Shown here: one piece after another, positions 1-9,339 of the stretch
Numbering within the stretch: the stretch's first letter is position 1
Layout of the letters: the number at the start of each line of letters is the position of its first letter
IMG/VR virus record: IMGVR_UViG_3300042318_001133
Span: 1-64,000 of that record
DNA: 64,000 nt
From: a virus
Lineage: Duplodnaviria; Caudoviricetes
Direction: 5' to 3' (one strand)
The notes under the pieces: generated by a model
Seen by the model: the letters and a program-made list of their open reading frames with translations, nothing else
Told to the model about the DNA's origin: nothing
Database searches by the model: none
Program-made: the position numbers and the translations under genes

Positions 1-15
1 GTCATTCGATCGAAC

Positions 16-612
16 TTATCTGTCTTTATGTTCGTTAGGTCGATCTTTTCTTTCCAATCTGTCATAATATGGTGTGTTATTTGTAAACTTTTTCTTGTAG
101 ATTTTATTGTGATTCCAGTAATTATCCAAATGCGATTGTGCCATCATTGTATCTGCCATTGCATTGTAGAGATCATCTCTGTGAATCTGAATACCAAAAT
201 ACTCATTACCTACTGCCTCTTTTGGAGCTATTCCTTTAGTTTTCTTAAACCATGTAAAATCAACAACTTTGCCATTGAATAGCATAAATCCATGAGGTAA
301 CGGAAAAGGTAATGGCTCTGTAATTGCCAACCCTTCTACGTAAATTAATTCAATCTCACGATCAAGAATGCTTGTCACAGCTAATTGACTGTTGTAATAG
401 CACTGCTTGTCTTGAGGTACTCTGTGAAGAAGACAGAAGTCGTCGAACATTGTTCGTATGATTTCTTGCTCATCTTCTGTGAATGGTCCGGGATAGTACG
501 ACTTCCCTTCTTTAATCAACAGATCCTCTTGAGAGCTGTAAAAATTGTCACTTTTTGCGTAATTGTTTTTTAAAGCAATCATCTGCTCTAAATATCGCTG
601 AATGTCTGTCAT
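16..612 (-). CDS. Hypothetical protein with a possible Cys-His-Asp (transglutaminase/papain-like) triad
   Basis: 198-aa ORF in the minus-strand gene run; motifs QCYYNSQ, YVEG, PHGFML, VVDFTW. Confidence 0.6.
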   Translation of the reverse strand: MTDIQRYLEQMIALKNNYAKSDNFYSSQEDLLIKEGKSYYPGPFTEDEQEIIRTMFDDFCLLHRVPQDKQCYYNSQLAVTSILDREIELIYVEGLAITEPLPFPLPHGFMLFNGKVVDFTWFKKTKGIAPKEAVGNEYFGIQIHRDDLYNAMADTMMAQSHLDNYWNHNKIYKKKFTNNTPYYDRLERKDRPNEHKDR

Positions 613-613
613 C

Positions 614-931
614 TTAAATTTTAGTTTTGTAAAAATGATTTTCTATTTCAATGAACGTAGGAACTTCCCCTTTGACGATATCTCCTTTCCAGAATGCAAG
701 CGCTCCTGGAGTGATGATTGGTAACTTGATTGATTTTTGATTTTGATGTCTCTTGAAGATGTATGTATTCTCTTTTAGAATACGAATATCAATCCAAGTC
801 TCTCTCAAGTTAAACGTGTACGATGTGTTTTTGTCAACTGCAAATGAAACGATGCCATTCTTGTATGCAGTTATGATGGCATAGATCGGTCCTAATGGCG
901 TTTTAATGCCTATATTATCTCCTACCCTCAT
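614..931 (-). CDS. Hypothetical protein
   Basis: The ORF track gives 614..967; the ATG at 931 (MRVGDNIG) reduces overlap with the upstream ORF. No recognisable motif. Confidence 0.6.
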   Translation of the reverse strand: MRVGDNIGIKTPLGPIYAIITAYKNGIVSFAVDKNTSYTFNLRETWIDIRILKENTYIFKRHQNQKSIKLPIITPGALAFWKGDIVKGEVPTFIEIENHFYKTKI

Positions 932-1121
932 CTTTCGATATTTTTGCAATATACTCAATGAAATCACTCAAAGTGTAAGTTAAATGATCGACAGAGAATG
1001 AATTGATCACTTTCTGATCTTTAATGAGCTTTATTTTATGTCCACACTGATCATAATACACAGACAAATCCTCGCTAATTTTCACGAGAAGTCCATCTTG
1101 ATATTCTGCTTGTATTTTCAT
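915..1121 (-). CDS. Small hypothetical protein
   Basis: 68-aa ORF directly downstream of promoter-like motifs at 1126-1178. Confidence 0.6.
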   Translation of the reverse strand: MKIQAEYQDGLLVKISEDLSVYYDQCGHKIKLIKDQKVINSFSVDHLTYTLSDFIEYIAKISKDEGRR

Positions 1122-1159
1122 AACGTAAAGATACTTATTTGATTTCTTTTTCCAGGTGT

Positions 1160-1178
1160 AAATATACTATGTATATCT
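1160..1178 (-). promoter_or_regulatory. Palindromic promoter/operator motif (AAATATAC-TAT-GTATATCT)
   Basis: Copy of the recurring dyad, just downstream of the nrdJ terminator; a further TATCTTTA box (minus strand) lies at 1126-1133. Confidence 0.65.
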
Positions 1179-1188
1179 CATATAATAC

Positions 1189-1215
1189 AAAAAACGCCCC
1201 ATATAGAGGCGTTTT
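1189..1215 (-). terminator. Rho-independent terminator after nrdJ
   Basis: Minus strand AAAACGCC-loop-GGCGTTTTTT. Confidence 0.8.
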
Positions 1216-1239
1216 AGTTATCAACAAGAAACTGTTCAT

Positions 1240-3228
1240 TTAATTAATGGTACAGTGATCTCCATCGCAATATAGCTCTGGTGCTGAATCTTCAGCAATT
1301 CCATCGAAGTTTAATTCTTTGATGGTAGCTTTGATTTCCAGATATCGCTCTTTCGATACTCCCTCGTATGGCATTTGAGGATATGCTCCTGCTTCTAATT
1401 TTGGTAAGAAGCTGATTCCTTTTAAGTCATATTGGAAGTAGTTAAGTGCATGTTTGATTTGATCTCCGTCTGCAGGTTTGAATGTTACAGTTGAAGATAC
1501 TTGATTGTCTGCCCAATACTTCTGTAAGAATGCAGCTAAAGAAACTTGCTCCCATAAAGTCACTTCATCGACAGTCCTTACTCCTTCGATCGCAACTGGA
1601 ATTTCAACAATCACAGAAGTCTCTGGAGATGAATTGCTTGGTTCAATCTTATATCCCGCATCAAGACATTGTTGCACTAATTCTGAACTCTTAGAAAGAG
1701 TCACTCGACGAATGTAGTAATTATCTTCTGGCCAATGCATTCCTGGAGTAACTCCTGGAAGAAGTGATACCGTTCCGGAAGGCTTGATTGAAGTGGTTTT
1801 GATAGATCGAGGAATACATAGCCAATCTGAATAGATCTCATCGTATTTCTGGATTGCAGCATATCCACGCTCACATAATTGCTTCAATTGATCGATTCCA
1901 TATTTTTCAAGGTATTGTGCAACACCTGACATAGAAGTACCAATACGACGATTACGAAGCATTACGCGATTAGTCTCAGACCAGTGCGTTCTTCCTAAAG
2001 TAACTGTTTTTGCGTACAAGTATGCAAACTTCAATGTACGCTCATAATCTTCAATTGAAGTATGTCTTGTAGGAAAAGTTTCCACTAAACAGCACAATTC
2101 GAACGACTCTAATGTTTGCTCCAAGCAAGGATTACCTCCTTTTGCTTTGTGATCTTTATTGTTGATTGGATCTGCCATTCTTCCGAATTTCTGCATATTG
2201 TCCAACCAAGCATATCCCGGTTCTCCATTTACGGCAGTTTGATCTCCAACACGTTTATAATCCATACCCACTTTAGCAAATACTGAATTATTCGAAGTCC
2301 AACCCCATTCAGATCTGTGCTTCATTTCACCTACCATTGCACCTTGAGTTGCGTCCCAACGATAGTCTTTCAATTTCAAGTACTCTTCACTGTCAGCCTC
2401 TCCAAATACAATCTCAGCCGTTCTACGAACATTCCCAGCAACTACGCAAGCACCGATCATATTCATAATATCTGTGATGTCTGTTTGAGTAATTGTATCG
2501 CCGTGACGATTATCAAATACCATCGCAATACGATCCAACAATTGCTTCAATGGTCCTGGACCTGAAGCCTTCCCTCCAAACGTCTTGATTGGGGTACCTT
2601 CTTTACGGATCAAAGAATAGTCGAATTCAAGTCTTTCACTATCTTTAACGAAGTATGTCAACAGTTGCAACTTTACAGCTTCAACCCAACCCTCTCTCGT
2701 ATCTGGAATGGTGAAGATTGACTTGTGCTCTTCGATCGGTTGATAGATCTGAATTAATCCTGCACCCTTCACGTCGAAACCAACTCCAACACCTAACATC
2801 GACATATCCATTAAGAATTCGAAAGGTTTTGTTGGCTCTATATGTAATGAATCTGTAGATACGAATGCGCAATTGTTAAGTGCTGCAAAAAGATCTCTCT
2901 TCTCCGTAATGTCAGTTCCCATTGCCCACAAACCTCTTCCTGGAGGAAGGAATTTCATGTCGAACATACGTTCATACATCTCTTGAGCAGACTCTTGTGC
3001 TTTTGCAACATCCCAACCTAATTCGTATTTCAAGATATGTCTACCCTGAAGACTATAAGCTCCTTCAACTACACGTTTACACGTCTCCCACCACTTCTCA
3101 TTCGTACCATCTTCTTTGACACGTGAATATGTTCTCATATACACTAATTCGCCAAGGCCATTAAAGCCGAAGTCTGGTTTCTTTTTTTGGAATTCCTTCA
3201 AGAAATCCTCGTTTAGTTTAAATTGCAT
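1240..3228 (-). CDS. nrdJ: Class II (adenosylcobalamin-dependent) ribonucleotide reductase, monomeric RTPR type
   Basis: 662 aa; FLPPGRGLW, LNNCAF, VVAGNVRRTAEI, GGNPCLEQ (N-C-E catalytic loop), TTSIKPSGTVS, C-terminal CDGDHC. Confidence 0.93.
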   Translation of the reverse strand: MQFKLNEDFLKEFQKKKPDFGFNGLGELVYMRTYSRVKEDGTNEKWWETCKRVVEGAYSLQGRHILKYELGWDVAKAQESAQEMYERMFDMKFLPPGRGLWAMGTDITEKRDLFAALNNCAFVSTDSLHIEPTKPFEFLMDMSMLGVGVGFDVKGAGLIQIYQPIEEHKSIFTIPDTREGWVEAVKLQLLTYFVKDSERLEFDYSLIRKEGTPIKTFGGKASGPGPLKQLLDRIAMVFDNRHGDTITQTDITDIMNMIGACVVAGNVRRTAEIVFGEADSEEYLKLKDYRWDATQGAMVGEMKHRSEWGWTSNNSVFAKVGMDYKRVGDQTAVNGEPGYAWLDNMQKFGRMADPINNKDHKAKGGNPCLEQTLESFELCCLVETFPTRHTSIEDYERTLKFAYLYAKTVTLGRTHWSETNRVMLRNRRIGTSMSGVAQYLEKYGIDQLKQLCERGYAAIQKYDEIYSDWLCIPRSIKTTSIKPSGTVSLLPGVTPGMHWPEDNYYIRRVTLSKSSELVQQCLDAGYKIEPSNSSPETSVIVEIPVAIEGVRTVDEVTLWEQVSLAAFLQKYWADNQVSSTVTFKPADGDQIKHALNYFQYDLKGISFLPKLEAGAYPQMPYEGVSKERYLEIKATIKELNFDGIAEDSAPELYCDGDHCTIN

Positions 3229-3247
3229 TCTTCTTTGGTTTTACTGT

Positions 3248-4807
3248 TTAACTGTATATTTCAAGTGCAGCAAGCCTTGCTTTCTCTGCATCATCAAAAT
3301 TCTCATAATCCTTAACTCCATCCTCTCCTACGTCGTGAGTGAAGATAAGGCTTGTCTTTGCACGTGTAAATGCCACATACATCAAATTCTTTTCTTGTTC
3401 AAATTGCCAAGGTTGAGTAGCTCTCTTCGATGGCATTAAATCTCTTCTAATAATGAAAACTCGCTCAGCTTCCAATCCCTTTGATTTATGTATCGTTGAA
3501 AGGATGATTCCCTGCTCTGTATCGTCACTGAACATATTTTCAAGTGCAATAATTACATCTCGAGTTGTTCTATATCGCTCTGCCACTGCTTCTATCACAT
3601 TCAACTTCTCTTCCTGCATGACGTAGCGAGGATGATCTGTTACATTCTTCACTCCCTTTTCAGCTAACTCCACTGCAGTTTGAGACAGTTTACCTTTCAA
3701 CTCAGCAAGCGCTTCAGAGAGCGGTAAATTTCTATATTTATTGATTAGTGTGATAAGATTCTTACCAAGAGCTTTTCCTTTAATGTGGCACTTTTTCTCT
3801 TGTCCAATGAAGTAATAGAATACTTCAACTAAAGGAGCTGTATTGCGACACAATACGAAATCGCCACTTTGAGCTTCGCGAATGGATCCATCTCTCACTT
3901 CACCCTCTTTTGCGTTAGGTGCAACCTGAATGTTGTCATAGATACCATTTGCACGTTCAACAATCTTCTTCGCACAACGATATGTGATACTTAAAGGTAA
4001 ACATAGCGTATTCGGCCTCTGTGCAAGTTTATTGAATGATTCGACATCTGCTCCCATAAACGAATAGATTGATTGGTATTTGTCTCCTACTGCAATCATT
4101 CTTCCGCCTGGCTTAATAATCTTATCGACAATAATCTGTTGCGCCTGATTTAGATCTTGACACTCATCGACAAAAACTTCATCAAACTGAGGCATTGTGA
4201 TATTCATCGTAGCTGGCAAATAAACCATATCTGTGAAGTCAATTAAGCGATCTCCCTTCACAGCAATGATTCCGTGATTGTATTTATTCAAATACTCAAT
4301 CACCTCAACAGTACGTTCAAGTACGTCTGGTAGGAGATCTATTTCATGCTTATTTGCCAAGTGACCCAACTCCTGCAAACTCTTAGCCATTGACATGCGA
4401 TATACATTTACAAGATCTTGAATCGTAAACATGAAGCGATCCAATTCACTCTTGTCGATATTCCAATTACCTTTGCGTGCAAGATCTTTTGCTATTGCCA
4501 TCGTCTTAAATTCTGAAATATTCAATCGACCACGATAGTGTCGCGTCAATGCCTTCATCCCTAAACTGTGAAGCGTTGAAACGTCTACGGTATTTGGAAC
4601 TCTCTCAAGCAACTCACTAACGATAGATTTATTGAATGCAAGAAAGCATACAGATTTATGTTTTGGAGTCAGTTTCAATACTTGACAGATGGTAGTTGTC
4701 TTTCCAGAACCTGGTGCAGCACTTACTAAAATATTACTATTACTGCCCGTATATGCATTGAAGATATCTTGCTGAGGCTTGCTTGGTTTGAATGTTACGA
4801 TTTCCAT
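3248..4807 (-). CDS. Superfamily 1 (UvrD/Rep-like) DNA helicase
   Basis: Walker A AAPGSGKTTT, Walker B VDECQDLN, VGDKYQSIYSF, YRC, STIHKSKGLE, YVAFTRAK. Confidence 0.92.
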   Translation of the reverse strand: MEIVTFKPSKPQQDIFNAYTGSNSNILVSAAPGSGKTTTICQVLKLTPKHKSVCFLAFNKSIVSELLERVPNTVDVSTLHSLGMKALTRHYRGRLNISEFKTMAIAKDLARKGNWNIDKSELDRFMFTIQDLVNVYRMSMAKSLQELGHLANKHEIDLLPDVLERTVEVIEYLNKYNHGIIAVKGDRLIDFTDMVYLPATMNITMPQFDEVFVDECQDLNQAQQIIVDKIIKPGGRMIAVGDKYQSIYSFMGADVESFNKLAQRPNTLCLPLSITYRCAKKIVERANGIYDNIQVAPNAKEGEVRDGSIREAQSGDFVLCRNTAPLVEVFYYFIGQEKKCHIKGKALGKNLITLINKYRNLPLSEALAELKGKLSQTAVELAEKGVKNVTDHPRYVMQEEKLNVIEAVAERYRTTRDVIIALENMFSDDTEQGIILSTIHKSKGLEAERVFIIRRDLMPSKRATQPWQFEQEKNLMYVAFTRAKTSLIFTHDVGEDGVKDYENFDDAEKARLAALEIYS

Positions 4808-4809
4808 TA

Positions 4810-5091
4810 TTACGATTTTTTTGTAAATATACTATGTATATCTTTCTGAGGCAACTTTTTGTTTAATTCTTTCACTACTAAATGGAGATCTGTGATCGCA
4901 TCACGATACGCTGCACAGTGTTCAAATTTCGATTGAGCTTCGTAGTGTAGACGACGTTTATCCAGCTCTTCGATTAAGATTAATATGAATTCACTATCGT
5001 AACAATATGGATGCGTCTCATCGAAAAACTCCACACCGTTAATAACATCGACAGCACATTCTCGCAAATGATCTGTAAAGCAATCAGCCAT
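4810..5091 (-). CDS. Hypothetical protein with a UVR-like (UvrB/UvrC/ClpC) motif
   Basis: ELDKRRLHYEAQSKFEHCAAYRDAITDL resembles the UVR consensus ...dFE.AA.lRD.I..L. Confidence 0.6.
   Translation of the reverse strand: MADCFTDHLRECAVDVINGVEFFDETHPYCYDSEFILILIEELDKRRLHYEAQSKFEHCAAYRDAITDLHLVVKELNKKLPQKDIHSIFTKKS
4825..4843 (-). promoter_or_regulatory. Palindromic promoter/operator motif (AAATATAC-TAT-GTATATCT)
   Basis: Identical to the copies at 1160 and 18515; lies in the 3' end of the UVR-motif ORF, just upstream of the helicase start. Confidence 0.6.
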
Positions 5092-5137
5092 TCGATAAAG
5101 ATCCGGCAGTTATTAATTTCAATTTAATTATCTAACC

Positions 5138-5170
5138 AAAAAGAAAACCCCTCCTTTTGGGAGGGGTTTC
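5138..5170 (-). terminator. Rho-independent terminator after the DUF932 gene
   Basis: Minus strand GAAACCCCTCC-CAAAA-GGAGGGGTTTTCTTTTT. Confidence 0.85.
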
Positions 5171-5186
5171 AGCAACTGCATTTTGC

Positions 5187-6038
5187 TTATACTAATTCAG
5201 CTACTTCGAATTTTGCATCGAAGGGCTTGTTTAGAATGTGACTGAACACCTCTCTATCCAACTCCACTCTCGCCTCTGGAGATGCTCCCATCCCTTCAGA
5301 GTGTGATAATTGATAGTTAAATCCATTATAGATTAACCAGTCAGTGATTGGTAATCCATTAGAATTGTGCTCAAAATTGATACGATTGATAACTTCCTCA
5401 GCAGATTTCAACGGGAAGCTCGTTGCTGCGATAACTTCTTGAACTCTATCCGTCCAGTGTGTTACTTCGCGATCACCAATTACTTGATACACCTCAGTCA
5501 GATCTTTCGCTTCATCTAAAAACTTTTGAATTGACGTTGTGATAGTTTGATACATTTTATCAAGATTCCCAACAGTATGTTTCAAGTTTGCTTGCTGTAC
5601 CCACTTGTAGCCCCATAATCCATTTGAACAGATTTGACGATAGAATCCGAATACAATACGGAAGCCTATTTGAGAGCTGTAAGATCTCATGATCTTCATC
5701 ATTGGCATGATTTTGTCAGCATACTTCGTTTGGCCGATCATAAGATCACGACCCTCGATTTGATATGTTGCATAATATTTACAATAATCAACGTGATCGT
5801 ATGCTGGAGTGAATCGAAATCCATTTTCAGTCAACTTCTGCTCTAATGCAGGAAAGAATTCTGTATTTTCTAATAGACCGTATCTACCTGATACGAAATT
5901 AACGGCCTGCTCAACTCCATCTGGACGCGTTACCAATACACAGTGATCATTGTGTTTTGAAAATCCAACGTTAGGGAATATTTCAGTAGATTTTACCTTT
6001 CTTACTGCTGCGAAAAACTCTTCTTTAGACTTGCTCAT
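5187..6038 (-). CDS. DUF932-family protein
   Basis: VSGRYGLLENTEFF, RSYSSQ...FGFYRQICSNGLW and LKHT match the DUF932 pattern (VS..Y..+.N; G..R.+C.NGL; H). Confidence 0.7.
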   Translation of the reverse strand: MSKSKEEFFAAVRKVKSTEIFPNVGFSKHNDHCVLVTRPDGVEQAVNFVSGRYGLLENTEFFPALEQKLTENGFRFTPAYDHVDYCKYYATYQIEGRDLMIGQTKYADKIMPMMKIMRSYSSQIGFRIVFGFYRQICSNGLWGYKWVQQANLKHTVGNLDKMYQTITTSIQKFLDEAKDLTEVYQVIGDREVTHWTDRVQEVIAATSFPLKSAEEVINRINFEHNSNGLPITDWLIYNGFNYQLSHSEGMGASPEARVELDREVFSHILNKPFDAKFEVAELV

Positions 6039-6070
6039 AATTGTTACGATTTTAATAATTTATTTCATAA

Positions 6071-6089
6071 AGATATACTGAGTATATCT
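6071..6089 (-). promoter_or_regulatory. Perfect palindromic promoter/operator motif (AGATATAC-TGA-GTATATCT)
   Basis: Perfect 8-bp inverted repeat with 3-nt spacer in the intergenic region upstream of DUF932. Confidence 0.7.
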
Positions 6090-6098
6090 ATTACGCAA

Positions 6099-6347
6099 CT
6101 ATTTTACAATCTTTTTTACAATAAAATCTACTCCTTCCGAGATTAGTAGGTTTCTCATATCACTGACAATGATTGGATCCTGAGCAAAGTAGTCGATTGC
6201 TTTAGCGAAGCCTTCAACGTACAATAATGACTCTTTCAATAAACGGCTCGTTAATTGTGATCGCGTTCCTGGATAGTGTTTCATTAAATAATCATCTGCA
6301 GCTTTTCGCATTTCATGCTTTTCAACTACATACAGTACATTCGACAT
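6099..6347 (-). CDS. Hypothetical protein
   Basis: 82-aa ORF in a tightly packed minus-strand run. Confidence 0.65.
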   Translation of the reverse strand: MSNVLYVVEKHEMRKAADDYLMKHYPGTRSQLTSRLLKESLLYVEGFAKAIDYFAQDPIIVSDMRNLLISEGVDFIVKKIVK

Positions 6348-6348
6348 A

Positions 6349-6648
6349 CTATGAATACATGATCCAAGAAAAGTGTGGAGAATACTCTCTTCTTTCTACT
6401 TGCGCTCCCGTAACTTGATTCATAAGAGTCTGCTGCTGTTGTGGCGTAATTGCATTCCCCAGTAAGTGGTTGCTGATTAATTTCGTAATATTCATTCCTT
6501 GAATCATCGTCTTTGGAATATTCTTATCGGATGGTATGAATTCGCGAATGGCAAATAATTCCTTATCGATGTACAAGATTGCAGTTCCTTGACTGTTTAG
6601 TGCGGAGATCACATTAATGTGACTTTCTCCAATTTCTTCAATTTTCAT
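6349..6648 (-). CDS. Hypothetical protein
   Basis: 99-aa ORF with 1-nt spacing to both neighbours. Confidence 0.7.
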   Translation of the reverse strand: MKIEEIGESHINVISALNSQGTAILYIDKELFAIREFIPSDKNIPKTMIQGMNITKLISNHLLGNAITPQQQQTLMNQVTGAQVERREYSPHFSWIMYS

Positions 6649-6649
6649 A

Positions 6650-6967
6650 CTATTTATTGTGTTTAGTGTCCCCTAACATATCCCCTCTTTTACGTTTCTG
6701 GAATTTAATGTCGGTTTGATAGTGTTGCTTTGCTCGCTGCTTCAAGTGGTCTTTCATCTTCAACTGACTTTCAGCTTTATTTGCAATGTGATTAATACAG
6801 AAGCCTTCTTTTGGTATTGGAATGAGAAGTGCTCCATTTTCATCGTTGATCAACTTCTTACCCCATTGATCTTTATAGACCGGATCAGCACCAACAAACG
6901 ACGTACTGTGCTTTGCAATGAAAAACTCTTTGCCGGTAACTGAGCATTTAAAGTTTGGATTTTGCAT
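6650..6967 (-). CDS. Hypothetical protein
   Basis: 105-aa ORF directly downstream of ruvC; basic C-terminus. Confidence 0.7.
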   Translation of the reverse strand: MQNPNFKCSVTGKEFFIAKHSTSFVGADPVYKDQWGKKLINDENGALLIPIPKEGFCINHIANKAESQLKMKDHLKQRAKQHYQTDIKFQKRKRGDMLGDTKHNK

Positions 6968-6969
6968 AA

Positions 6970-7467
6970 TTATCTAAATTTTCTTCGACAAAACTCTGCC
7001 ATTAATAGTGCATCGACAATACCAGTATGTGGCTCTTGTGCACGTGAACTCTTTGTAAGATCTTGAGATGGAAATAGTGATTTGGCTGCCAGAATTGAAG
7101 TAAGTTTCGTGTCAATGGTTGGCTTGATTCCTGGTTTATATTGCTTCTTTACACCCTCCCAAGTCTCTTTTTGCCACGCTTTTGCTTGCACTTGGGTGTG
7201 TGGAATTTTCAATGCGAAGAGCATCATTTCAAGTAAACCCTTTCCTCTACCAAATTCAAAACACGAACTTCTTCCTGCCATTTGTGGAGCGTGAACGTCC
7301 TCTAATACTGCGTGTTGAATTTCATATGATCCAATAATCTCCATCATCTTCAACTTGTCGTATTCCTTACCTACCATCGGCATCAAGTGAATTGCAACAA
7401 CTTGTTTATTTTCGTCGATTACGACAAATGCTCCATCTTTTCCTGGATCTATTCCGATATAATTCAT
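6970..7467 (-). CDS. ruvC: RuvC-like Holliday junction resolvase
   Basis: N-terminal YIGIDPG, AVLED, FEFGRGKG, WQK, C-terminal VDALLMAE (RNase H-fold acidic residues). Confidence 0.85.
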   Translation of the reverse strand: MNYIGIDPGKDGAFVVIDENKQVVAIHLMPMVGKEYDKLKMMEIIGSYEIQHAVLEDVHAPQMAGRSSCFEFGRGKGLLEMMLFALKIPHTQVQAKAWQKETWEGVKKQYKPGIKPTIDTKLTSILAAKSLFPSQDLTKSSRAQEPHTGIVDALLMAEFCRRKFR

Positions 7468-9335
7468 GCTACAATTTTACTAAAACCTTTCTCTTTCACA
7501 ACAGTTACGACGTGATCGTAAACTCCTGCATGAGAGGTATGTGTAATTACAAGTACAGTTTTATTCAGTAAATTTAACGCTTTCATTAATTCAGTTACTC
7601 CCTTTCCGTCCACACTTTCGATAATCTCATCTAAACATAATAGGTCTAATCCTCCGTTTTTTGAATTTAGATTGATTAATCCTTGCAATGCTAAAATGTT
7701 ACAGATCTCTACGCGAACCTTCTCTCCACCACTGAATCGTCCAAAAGACGCTACTTCTAATCCGTTACGCATAATTGTCGCAGAAATCTTCTCACTCAAC
7801 TCTCCGTTTGCCTTTACTTTATATCCACTCAATTTCAATCCTAAGTTGGTTTTGATTTGTTGTAGATAGTATGTTGTAAATGTCTCAATCGACGCGATTG
7901 CTTTATTTGCAAGATGCGATTTAAAGCGCTTAAACTTATGATCCCACTCAACACATTCAGCTTTCTCTTTTTCGACCTTAGAAACTTCCTTTTCCAGAAG
8001 TAAATGAGCCTCTTCCAACTCCTTCAATTGATCTCGTAGAGGTTTCTTATAGTCAACGATTTCTCGAGCCTTCTCTTCATCGATTTCTTTCTCAAAGCCA
8101 ACAATTGCTTTCTCGTATCGACCGATAGACGACTCTACTTCTAAGATGTTTCTCTCAATCGTCTTAACTGTCTGTAGTAATATGTCTTTGTCAGATGTTT
8201 GTATTCGCTGTTTTCTTCTTAATTCAAGAGCTTTCTCTTCAATTGCATTCAATTGTACAGTAATGTCATCGATCGACGTTTTAATCGTAAGATATTCAGC
8301 TTCAGCTTCAGGTAATAAAACTGCAGCCTGAGATGCATCTAAATCTTTACCCAATACGAATTGATATTTACAACTTGGACATTCGATCGTTCCTGCAATG
8401 ATATGTTTCAATTCATGAATAAATTCATCACATTCCTTTAGTTCAGCCTTTAGTGTAGGCAAATCCTTCTCATGCTGTACTTTCTCGGCTGCAATCGCGG
8501 CTAATTGAGTAGAGTAGTCGATCGTCTTAAACGTATCTACTGCATGTTGACTGGACTTCAGTTTCACATTAAGTGCACTCAATTCATCTTTCGACTTCTT
8601 CAATGTTTCTTTGCCAGCTACTTTACGTGCCTCCAGTGCAGCGATATTCTCCAATCTAACAGCCTCTTGATCTTTCTCAGGCTCTGCTAATTGTTCGCGC
8701 AACATTTCAATTTTTGTACTGGATCGAATAAAGTCAGCATTTTGTAGTCGTAGCTGATTATCAAACTTCAACACATCTAACTTGACAGCTTCAAATACTG
8801 GATCTACAATATTGGCATTTGAGAATCGAGCCACTACCTCCTTCTTTTTCGTATCACCAAAAGCAAAAAACGACACATACTTCTCTTTTGAAATAATGAA
8901 GTAATTCAATAAATCTTCTTTCGTAATATCGAGCTGATCGAGAATGAATTCATCCGCATCTCGAACTGTTGGAATGTTGTCTTTTTGATTTTCACCATTA
9001 ATATAGACGCAAACCTTTGATGACCCCTTAATTGGAACGCTTCTCCAGATCTTCATTTCACGATTCAATTTAACATTAAACCATGTCGATTCAACCTCTA
9101 ACGAATCCTCTCCATCCATAATCAATTCTACTGGCCTAACATCACGTAGCGGGGATCCAATAAATGACATTGAAATGCCTTCGATCAATACAGACTTGCC
9201 TGAGCCATTACTTTCTTGAGCTTCGTCGTCTTTGTTTTCGCCATAAATCATTGTAGCCACTCCTTGATTGAAGTGGTACAATGTTTCTGAATGCGACATA
9301 AAACGCGTTACTTTTAACGATTTTGGTATCCACAT
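7464..9335 (-). CDS. sbcC: SbcC/Rad50-like (gp46-like) recombination ATPase
   Basis: Walker A SNGSGKS, coiled coils, zinc hook CPSC, signature FSGGE, Walker B LCLDE, H-loop ITH. Confidence 0.92.
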   Translation of the reverse strand: MWIPKSLKVTRFMSHSETLYHFNQGVATMIYGENKDDEAQESNGSGKSVLIEGISMSFIGSPLRDVRPVELIMDGEDSLEVESTWFNVKLNREMKIWRSVPIKGSSKVCVYINGENQKDNIPTVRDADEFILDQLDITKEDLLNYFIISKEKYVSFFAFGDTKKKEVVARFSNANIVDPVFEAVKLDVLKFDNQLRLQNADFIRSSTKIEMLREQLAEPEKDQEAVRLENIAALEARKVAGKETLKKSKDELSALNVKLKSSQHAVDTFKTIDYSTQLAAIAAEKVQHEKDLPTLKAELKECDEFIHELKHIIAGTIECPSCKYQFVLGKDLDASQAAVLLPEAEAEYLTIKTSIDDITVQLNAIEEKALELRRKQRIQTSDKDILLQTVKTIERNILEVESSIGRYEKAIVGFEKEIDEEKAREIVDYKKPLRDQLKELEEAHLLLEKEVSKVEKEKAECVEWDHKFKRFKSHLANKAIASIETFTTYYLQQIKTNLGLKLSGYKVKANGELSEKISATIMRNGLEVASFGRFSGGEKVRVEICNILALQGLINLNSKNGGLDLLCLDEIIESVDGKGVTELMKALNLLNKTVLVITHTSHAGVYDHVVTVVKEKGFSKIVA

Positions 9336-9339
9336 AATA

